Shown: positions 8,795-15,816 of the stretch, in pieces | Position numbering within the stretch: the first letter of the stretch is position 1 | Layout: the number at the start of each line of letters is the position of its first letter | NCBI RefSeq assembly: GCF_003966735.1 | Contig: NZ_AP017378.1 | Location: 1,848,905 to 1,880,904 of the forward strand | From: Desulfovibrio ferrophilus | Lineage (GTDB): Bacteria > Desulfobacterota > Desulfovibrionia > Desulfovibrionales > Desulfovibrionaceae | Direction: 5' to 3' | Length of the DNA: 32,000 bases | The notes under the pieces: model-generated | What the model was told of the DNA's origin: nothing | What the model saw: the letters and a program-made list of their open reading frames with translations, nothing else | Database searches by the model: none | Made by a program: the position numbers and the translations under genes

Positions 8795-8796
8795 AG

Positions 8797-10803
8797 CTAT
8801 CTCCTGTTGAACCAGTCCGGGCGAGAACCGTACCCAGCATTTGTATTGGGGTGGGGGATCATCTGCTGCTTACGTTCGTTCGCCTGCTTCGGCTTCGCCC
8901 TTGGCCGCTTCCAGTTGCGGATGTTCAACTCATAGGCCGCCACCAATGCCATGACCTCACAGTCCCAAAAGTGATTATCCTTGCCCTTGGGGCACTGCCA
9001 ACAGAGCTGCTCATCGTCGTAGTATTCGGCCACCATCTCCTGAGCATATTCATTGGTCACACTCGCATGCAGATGAAACGCGCCCGGGTCGCTTGGCTCT
9101 ATCTGCAGTTTAGCGGCGAGATCATTCTTGAAGAAGGTGGTATCCACCTTCCACAGCACAAGGCCACCAGGGATGCGAGATTTTGTACCTGGGTAGAATT
9201 CCTGCGGGGCATACTGCACAGGTGAAGAGAGTGTACGCTTGCCCTGGTAGGGGAACACCCGCCCTCGATTCTTGACGCAGAACTGATAGACTTCTTTGGT
9301 GCGCGTGCCCATAGCGTCCTGCACCGCCAACCGCACACGGTGCTCATTCCCATCCGCATCGCAGTAGGTGTTCTTGCAAAGTACCTGCTCTAGGGCCTCG
9401 AAGCTGGGGACGCTCCCGGCCTGCACCAACCAGCTCTCCTCATCCTCGCCCCAGCCGATGGCCCGGATCACGTAGCGGAAATAGCGCTTCTGGGAGTCCA
9501 CCCCGGCCACCAAAGCGGCCACGTGCGGAGTACCGTCCTCCAGCGCCCCGGGCACGATGCCGCGCGGACGGTCGTCGCACAAGGCCAGGATCGCATCCTC
9601 GTTGCGCTGCACCTCATAGGCTCGCCACGGCTCGGCCTTGTACTGGTTCATAAAGTCCTTCAGGTCGTCGCGGTTGCCGGTCTTCTTCCATTTCAGGAAG
9701 GCCGCCGCGACCTCGGAAAGCGAAACGAAGTAGGACAGCCAGGCCGGGATATGGAACCCAACCTTGGCCGGGCGATGCGCACGCAAATGCCCCGCCAATT
9801 CCAGCCCGGTGTTGCGCGCCCGCCACTCGCCCAAGCGCACGGCCTTGTCTCGGTCGTTGTCGTCCCAGCACACACCACACTGCCCGCATTCGTACCAAGC
9901 CAGGCGACGCGCACGAACCACCTCGGGATCCCGCTCATCCTTGGGCCAACGAATATGGTCAAAATCCATGAGTAGGTGCATCCCGCAATGCGGGCAACGC
10001 ACAAAGTAATCAAAGACGACTTGGACCTCTTCGGTCAGCGACCGCCAGATCGGGCCGCTCTCTATGGTGGGGGTCGAGATCTTCCATATCTTGCGCTTGC
10101 GCCGCCAGGTCGTGGTGCGCTTCTCGGCCAGGGCCTCGCTGGAGGTCTCGTTCTTGGGGTTCTTGTATTTGTCCAGCTCATCCATCACCAGAAAGCGCAC
10201 CGGCTTGTTTCCCAGGCGGGAGACGGAGCCGGACCAGCCAAGGTAGATGGTCATGTGCGCAAGGTTGATACGCAGGCTGCTGGCGTCGTCCGCAAGCCCG
10301 GTCAGATAGTTGCGCAGCTGCGGGCTGGACTCCAGCATCGGGATGATCCGGTCCTGGGCATTCTCCTTGGCTGTCAGCCGATCCGGGAATACATACATCA
10401 CCGGCCCAGGCGCACGGTCGATTGCGTAGCCGATGCAGTTATGAATGGCTTCGGACCCGCCGGTCTGCGGAGTCTTGCAGATGGCCACCGTCTCCACGGA
10501 CGGAAAAAACGAGGCATCCATCACGCCTGCCATGTAGGGGGTCACCTCGTTGTGCCAGCGCCCGGGAATGGACGACTGATGAACGATGCGGTGCTTCTCT
10601 GCCCATTGGCTCACGGGCATGGGCCTGCGCTTGCGGTAGACCTTGCGCTCGCCCAGTGAGAACCGGAAGCGATGCACCACACGGCCATCCTCGCCAATTC
10701 GCCGCGACAAAACGGAGCGCACCGCGTCGGGTAGCCAACGCGGCAGCGCCACCGTCAGGCTGCGGCTATTCACCTGTTTCGGTTCCATTTCCTGCATCAG
10801 CAT
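8797..10803 (-). CDS. Terminase large subunit, lambda GpA family
   Basis: 668 aa. N-terminal ATPase (…ICKTPQTGGSEA… and FLVMDELDKY), a Cys4 zinc-finger-like CPHCG…CGQCG, and GpA-style overall length and organisation. An earlier or later start (M3/M6) is possible. Confidence 0.9.
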   Translation of the reverse strand: MLMQEMEPKQVNSRSLTVALPRWLPDAVRSVLSRRIGEDGRVVHRFRFSLGERKVYRKRRPMPVSQWAEKHRIVHQSSIPGRWHNEVTPYMAGVMDASFFPSVETVAICKTPQTGGSEAIHNCIGYAIDRAPGPVMYVFPDRLTAKENAQDRIIPMLESSPQLRNYLTGLADDASSLRINLAHMTIYLGWSGSVSRLGNKPVRFLVMDELDKYKNPKNETSSEALAEKRTTTWRRKRKIWKISTPTIESGPIWRSLTEEVQVVFDYFVRCPHCGMHLLMDFDHIRWPKDERDPEVVRARRLAWYECGQCGVCWDDNDRDKAVRLGEWRARNTGLELAGHLRAHRPAKVGFHIPAWLSYFVSLSEVAAAFLKWKKTGNRDDLKDFMNQYKAEPWRAYEVQRNEDAILALCDDRPRGIVPGALEDGTPHVAALVAGVDSQKRYFRYVIRAIGWGEDEESWLVQAGSVPSFEALEQVLCKNTYCDADGNEHRVRLAVQDAMGTRTKEVYQFCVKNRGRVFPYQGKRTLSSPVQYAPQEFYPGTKSRIPGGLVLWKVDTTFFKNDLAAKLQIEPSDPGAFHLHASVTNEYAQEMVAEYYDDEQLCWQCPKGKDNHFWDCEVMALVAAYELNIRNWKRPRAKPKQANERKQQMIPHPNTNAGYGSRPDWFNRR

Positions 10804-11347
10804 CTGTAAACGTCACCTCGAATTCTGCTTTACTTGCAAACTGGTTCAGCGCTTCGTTGAGATAGCCATCAAACACTTCCAAAAACCGCTGTGACTTGCG
10901 TGGGTCACCGTCCACCAAGTGGATCAGATCGAGCACGTTCATCTCCACGGCCTGCCGAAGACCAGACTCCAAAACAACAGCCCGGCCCGCCAGCTCCAGC
11001 TCCACCTGTTCACGAGGGATGAAGCGGCCACGCTCCACCTCCCGCTTAAAGCGGATCCGCGCGGTCTCTTCCTCAATCTTCTGAATGGTTGCTTCCTGCC
11101 TGCGCCTGGCGAGCTCCTTGATATTGTCGGAGTCCACCTTGGGCACGGCCACCAAGGGCAACGCCTGCGCGTAGGCATCCACAGCGGCCTTGCTAAATCC
11201 GCCTCCGGGCTGTCGCGCGAGCAGTCCTGTTTTCACATCCTGATACAACTTGGATTTTCTCACCTTGCGACCGCAGTCCTGCAGGTGCTCAAGAACCTCG
11301 TTAACGCTCGTAAGATTCTCCATCGGCATCTGATCTGTCTTGCTCAT
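10766..11347 (-). CDS. Putative terminase small subunit / DNA-recognition protein
   Basis: 193 aa directly upstream of and overlapping terL. Has a helical, charged middle region. Assigned by position only. Confidence 0.4.
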   Translation of the reverse strand: MSKTDQMPMENLTSVNEVLEHLQDCGRKVRKSKLYQDVKTGLLARQPGGGFSKAAVDAYAQALPLVAVPKVDSDNIKELARRRQEATIQKIEEETARIRFKREVERGRFIPREQVELELAGRAVVLESGLRQAVEMNVLDLIHLVDGDPRKSQRFLEVFDGYLNEALNQFASKAEFEVTFTDADAGNGTETGE

Positions 11348-12759
11348 CAGATCCTCACCACCAGGTTATCCGCCGTGATAATCGCGGCGGGATGTCGGTC
11401 GAGATAAGCCCCTAGTTCGTCGTCCTGAAAGCACAACTCCTTGAGCCGTCGCAGAATGCCAGTGTGTCCACGAAGGGGCTTCGGAATATCGAAAGGTTGA
11501 GAACCACTGAACGTCAGCTGAATGCCGGTCTCCCGCAGCAAACGCTCCAAGGCCGCCAGGCTGGTGGTTTTTTGTTCAGGCTGCTTAGACTCAGGTGAGG
11601 CCAGGGCCGGAGCCGAGACCTCGGGAGTGGGTTGGGGTTTGGCTGGACGCACAGGGGCCGCAGGCATGAGCATGACCGGCGGCAGGCCCGCCTTGATCCA
11701 GTCCGCGATACTCACACCCGCCGCGAAGGCCTCGCCGGGATCCTTGGCTTCGGGCACTGGCCAGCGTTCGGCGTGATCGTAGGTCACCTGCCACCAGTCA
11801 CGCACGCGGCGTTGCTGGCGCACCTTGCGCTCGGCTTCCAGCTGAGCCTTTTCGCTGCTATCCGTCGGCACGAAGGACTCAAAATCCAGTGCATTCAGAA
11901 TGGTCAGAGATTGGGAGAGGACCCCATGCGTCCAGGCATCCGGCTTGGCGGAGATAGTGCCCAGCCCCAGAGCGCCCACGTCGTCACCTGTAGCAAAGTC
12001 GCAGAGCATGGCGTCCAGCTCCGCTTCCACAGCCACAAAGGCCCGGGCACCAGGGGAGAGAACCATGGTCCCGCTACCACTGCCCGGCACCCAGCAATAT
12101 TTCTTGGGGCCAAACGGCCCGGGCTTGGGGCGGCGCACACGCACACGGTGCAGTTGACCATCATGGAAAATTGGAATCACCAAGCCCGCTGGTATCCACA
12201 ACTTGCGCGGCTTACCCGTTCGCGGGTTCATCTCGTGCGGCAAACCCCACGCCGAGCGTTCGCGGTACACATCTTTGGAGAGCCACCCCAGCCGATAACG
12301 CTCGACAGCCTCCAAAGGCAGACCTCGCCGCGCAAGGAACTCCAAAGCCTCAGAGGTCCGCAGCAGTTCAGCATGGGCCGCGACCACCAGTTCATTCGCT
12401 CGGGTGCGCCAGCGCTCGGAAGGCTCACGGGCGGGCTCTGGCTGCCACGGAGAGGCCTCACGAAGACGCCGTGGGGGCAGTAGTGGACGCGGGGCGCATG
12501 GCTCCAGCTTTCGCCCAACGAAGGCCGCAGCGGCACGAAAATCCATGTGTCGAAAATCCACCAGGTACTGAATACAATCGCCACCGGAATCGCAGCCACG
12601 GCACCACCAGCTACCATCCCCACCGTTCTGCTCAGGCCAGCAATGGAAACGATCCGTCCCACCACACCCCGGACAAGGGCTGTGGTGCTCACCACCCTTG
12701 GAACCGGACACCTTACGAGGCGAAACACCATCAGCCTGTAGTAACTCAAGCACGTTCAT
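11347..12759 (-). CDS. DNA primase with an N-terminal primase zinc-ribbon (T7 gp4 / P4 alpha type) and a probable TOPRIM region
   Basis: CPGCGGTDRFHCW…WWCRGC…GGDCIQY matches the CPxCGGxDRF primase zinc-ribbon signature. An acidic FVAVEAELDA segment is consistent with TOPRIM. 470 aa. Confidence 0.7.
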   Translation of the reverse strand: MNVLELLQADGVSPRKVSGSKGGEHHSPCPGCGGTDRFHCWPEQNGGDGSWWCRGCDSGGDCIQYLVDFRHMDFRAAAAFVGRKLEPCAPRPLLPPRRLREASPWQPEPAREPSERWRTRANELVVAAHAELLRTSEALEFLARRGLPLEAVERYRLGWLSKDVYRERSAWGLPHEMNPRTGKPRKLWIPAGLVIPIFHDGQLHRVRVRRPKPGPFGPKKYCWVPGSGSGTMVLSPGARAFVAVEAELDAMLCDFATGDDVGALGLGTISAKPDAWTHGVLSQSLTILNALDFESFVPTDSSEKAQLEAERKVRQQRRVRDWWQVTYDHAERWPVPEAKDPGEAFAAGVSIADWIKAGLPPVMLMPAAPVRPAKPQPTPEVSAPALASPESKQPEQKTTSLAALERLLRETGIQLTFSGSQPFDIPKPLRGHTGILRRLKELCFQDDELGAYLDRHPAAIITADNLVVRI

Positions 12760-13059
12760 GTGCGCCTCCCCCCTCCGACCAGTGGAAAAAGCAAATTTTC
12801 TGCATGGTCCTACCCTGCTCCTGCTTCGATCCTGGCTTTGATCCTATCTCTAACATCTTTATTTTCTTTATTATTATAAGTTAAATAGGATAATAGGATG
12901 ATAAGTGTTGATACTTGTCTGAATGTCGCAACAGTACCGTATAAGGGACTCTGCACATGAATCATCCTTGGGTCCTGGCCGCACTCTATGACCCCGAAAT
13001 TGCGGGATATTCACCCAGGAGCGAAAGCGGCTACCCGCTCCTGTCTATGGTCCTTCGTC

Positions 13060-14763
13060 CTAGAACAGCTTCTCTCCACCCATTTCCTCACGGGTTTCAG
13101 CATTGAGCAGCAGGCCGTAGTACCAATTCTTCCCCCCCACCTTTTCCTTACGGAACTTCTTCTGGGCCAACGCGCCGAACTTGCGCTGGGGGAATTGCTT
13201 CTTCTTGGAGATGTTCACCGAAAACCAGCGCACGAAGGCGTCATAGAGATCCGTAGCATTCGTGCGGGTCGAGGGATCATTCAGATCAGCGAGCACAACG
13301 TCGCAGCAGTCGTCCACGAACAAGGCCAGCAAATCCTCATCCCGGCGATAATCATCCGTAGCGGCAAGGACCTTGGCAGGCGGATTCAGGCCATGCTGTT
13401 GCCACTCCAAACAACCACGCACCAGCCAGGCGAGAATGCCCGAGGCCTCAGCCATGAGCGCTTCCCCCAGGGAGTCGTCGCGCCGCATCTCGGTCTCGTC
13501 CTCTGGCTCACGATTCACAAAAGAACGCTCAAACGGGATCAGGTGCATCCGTTCCCAAAAGGCGAAATCATCGGCCGGGGCATGGGGCTTGTGGTTAGTC
13601 AACAGAAAGAGGATGTGCGTAGGCGCAAAGGTGATGGGCCGCTTGTCGTTGGGCCAGCGGCCAGTGAGCATGTCACCGCCAGAGAGCCATTTACAACGAG
13701 CCGAAGAGAAACGACGATTTTCGTCCGTCTCGGAGGCAAACGCCGCACGAAGACCACGCAAAGCCATAATGGAAGGAGACGGTGCGTCGGAGTTGCGGAC
13801 GCTGTTCTGATCCAGCAGCATCTCCGCCGGGATTGGTCCAGCGAGTGGCCCAAGAACATGCATAATAGTTTCGACCAGCATGGATTTGCCGTTGCGCCCC
13901 TTGCCATGCAGCACCGGGAGCACATGCTCCTTGTTACCGCCGCGCATGGAAGCACCGAACAAGCGCGCCAGATAACCGGCCATCTCGGCATCATCCCCCA
14001 TAATCTCATGGAGGAACCGCTCCCAACGAGGAGCCGGGGCATCGATCCCCTGCCATTCAACGGGCGAGGCCTTAAGGATAAAATCTTCCGCCCTCCCCCC
14101 ACGAAACCGACCAGAGCGAAGGTCCAATACTCCATTTGCACAGGCCACCTGCCATTCGCGGGCATCCAATTCTTCACCAGAAATGGCCAAGGGGGTGCGG
14201 TTGGTGTGGGCAAATTCCAAGCAGGCTTCGGGGCCACCCTTCTTGCGGAGCCTTTTGACCCGGGTCATGACCATCTGCTGTTGACGTTGATAGAGCGTGG
14301 CCGCGTCCTTATTTCCGGATTGAGAGGCATCCGTAGCCGATTGCCCAAGGCGCGAATGCTCTTCCAAAAGGCGCTCCGCCACGGCTTCGACCTCGGCCTT
14401 AGCCTGGTCCATCTTATCCAATCCCCAATGGTGGCCACTCCAAACAAGCCACTCCTGGGTCTGTTTGATGAAGAGGAATCTGTCGCGGTGGATTTCCGCA
14501 TAAAGCATCCCAAGTCCGAGATCCTCCGCACGTACGCAAGGCATAACAAAATCCGAAGGAACCGTGCGGCTCCCTCCGCCAGCATGGTTATCCTGACCGT
14601 CTTGATCATCCTCGGTCTGACCGGCCCGCTCCTCCTCCGCACGTCGCGCCTGTACCTTGCGGCGCATCTCTTCCAGGTCCGAAACGGCGACTCCCTGGGT
14701 GCCGGGCACCTGATCACCAGCTTTGGCCTCTGGTCCCGACCCCGTTTTGAGCTCATGGCTCAT
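13060..14763 (-). CDS. SF3 helicase, D5 / phage-plasmid primase P4 C-terminal family
   Basis: Walker A is LHGKGRNGKSMLVETI, followed by ...LRAAFASETDE (Walker B-like). The C-terminal region is typical of D5/P4-type NTPases. 567 aa. Confidence 0.85.
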   Translation of the reverse strand: MSHELKTGSGPEAKAGDQVPGTQGVAVSDLEEMRRKVQARRAEEERAGQTEDDQDGQDNHAGGGSRTVPSDFVMPCVRAEDLGLGMLYAEIHRDRFLFIKQTQEWLVWSGHHWGLDKMDQAKAEVEAVAERLLEEHSRLGQSATDASQSGNKDAATLYQRQQQMVMTRVKRLRKKGGPEACLEFAHTNRTPLAISGEELDAREWQVACANGVLDLRSGRFRGGRAEDFILKASPVEWQGIDAPAPRWERFLHEIMGDDAEMAGYLARLFGASMRGGNKEHVLPVLHGKGRNGKSMLVETIMHVLGPLAGPIPAEMLLDQNSVRNSDAPSPSIMALRGLRAAFASETDENRRFSSARCKWLSGGDMLTGRWPNDKRPITFAPTHILFLLTNHKPHAPADDFAFWERMHLIPFERSFVNREPEDETEMRRDDSLGEALMAEASGILAWLVRGCLEWQQHGLNPPAKVLAATDDYRRDEDLLALFVDDCCDVVLADLNDPSTRTNATDLYDAFVRWFSVNISKKKQFPQRKFGALAQKKFRKEKVGGKNWYYGLLLNAETREEMGGEKLF

Positions 14764-15254
14764 GCAGCGCCTCCAGCCGGTAACACGAAGTCAGAACAAC
14801 GGACGTCAAACAGGTGTAGCGCCTGATGATTTTCCATTTTTCCACGTAATGTTTTCCGCACGCCACGCGAAAAGCGTGAGAGTTTCAGTACCCGTACTTG
14901 GGAAAGGCCAGGAAGGACCCGTGGCCTTCGGCATCGAGAAAACGGCCTATAGGACCATCTGGCTTGCTTCTTAGGGAGGGGGGAGAGGGGGAAGCGCGCG
15001 GGCCGCTGAAAACTCACAGACGTACAAGGCGCGTTCGGATCGTTCGTGCAGGTAGGTTGAAATGTGGACTCAAATACAGACACAGGGTATGATTGCGGGT
15101 CACCACAAGGCCTGCGACGGTTCGGCGCGGATAAGTAGCCGGATAAGTGAAATGCGGATTTTACACGAAAACAGGGGGTAAAAGCCTCCCCCATTAATTC
15201 ATCATAACTACCTGTAATTTGATGGAAAAGTGGGTCTACTGCGGTAACGCTCGC

Positions 15255-15304
15255 CCGGCCTTCTAAGCCGACGGCCGGGGGTTCGAATCCTCCCTGGCGC
15301 ACCA
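15255..15304 (+). other. 3' fragment of tRNA-Arg(UCU): anticodon arm, variable loop, T-arm, acceptor 3' strand and CCA. Probable prophage attachment-site scar.
   Basis: Reads CCGGC-CTTCTAA-GCCGA / CGGCC / GGGGG-TTCGAAT-CCTCC / CTGGCGC-A-CCA. No complementary GCGCCAG acceptor 5' strand or D-arm is found upstream. Confidence 0.55.
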
Positions 15305-15315
15305 TAAAATCAAAT

Positions 15316-15349
15316 GGTTCCGGTGATTTACCGGAGCCATTTTTCTTTT
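15316..15349 (+). terminator. Rho-independent terminator downstream of the tRNA fragment
   Basis: GGTTCCGGT-GATTT-ACCGGAGCC (9 bp including one G.U pair) followed by ATTTTTCTTTT. Confidence 0.6.
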
Positions 15350-15816
15350 GGTTTCTCGATTTGCCATTTTGCTCATTGCGGGCGGAAGACAAACAGACAT
15401 GGAAACACCGGGCCATCGCTGCCGCGAAGCCCCGGCCAGCGCCTCACCCATCCGCCCGGAGCCGTCCCCGCACGACGGAAATCGACAGCTTCCTTGATGG
15501 ACACCTGTGGCGTTCAAAATTTCAAAAAAAGTCCTGTGAGAACGGCCAGTCTAAGCACATAAGGGTAATGCATCACAATAGAAGCGAACGCTATATAAAC
15601 TATATTGAGAACATATAAAACAACAAAACAGCAAGTATACCATATCGAAACACATCATATGAAGACAAACAAATGAACAACGTGTTGCAAGCGCGCTAAA
15701 CATTATGTAATGTTATAAACAGGTACAATTTTATACACATTGCACCCCGGACAGAATCGGCTCGCAGGATCTGCATCACTGTTTTGCGAACGGTCCCGCC
15801 GGAAGGCTGGAATAGC

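Larger units (their letters stand above)
5086..8796 (-). mobile_element. Low-GC cargo (moron-like) island inserted between terL and gpW
   Basis: Hand counts: line 5161-5220 has 16/60 G+C, line 6001-6060 has 19/60, flank line 4801-4860 has 40/60. The island has three co-directional genes that are not part of the lambda head module. Confidence 0.75.
1..15304 (-). mobile_element. Prophage segment (lambda-like packaging/head module plus replication genes), truncated at the window start
   Basis: Collinear minus-strand genes in lambda order (terS?-terL-[island]-W-portal-protease-decoration-major capsid), preceded by helicase and primase. The right edge coincides with a tRNA-Arg 3' fragment at 15255-15304. 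No integrase, repressor, lysis or tail genes are present in the window. Confidence 0.7.

Noticed and set aside
8472-8935. Plus-strand ORFs 8472-8702 and 8705-8935 in the island/terminase boundary
   Set aside because: They are opposite the HTH gene and the terL 3' end. They have no RBS or motifs, and their composition is consistent with antisense read-through ORFs.
15228-15304. A complete 77-nt tRNA-Arg gene
   Set aside because: The acceptor 3' strand CTGGCGC has no complementary GCGCCAG upstream, and no D-arm can be drawn. Only the anticodon arm onward is tRNA-like, so it is called a fragment.
14760-15416. 218-aa minus-strand ORF spanning the region between the helicase gene and the host DNA
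   Set aside because: It runs straight through the tRNA fragment and its terminator. It has no RBS or motifs and an Arg/Pro-rich composition, so it is most likely non-coding.
15699-15758. Palindrome AACATTA-TG-TAATGTT (15699-15714) and an ACACATTGC half-site (15735-15743) upstream of the EBP gene, as an autoregulatory copy of the UAS
   Set aside because: Only the left half matches the 24-nt motif. The expected right half (ACAAnCTGT after N6) is absent, and no -24/-12 element was found nearby. This is too weak to call.
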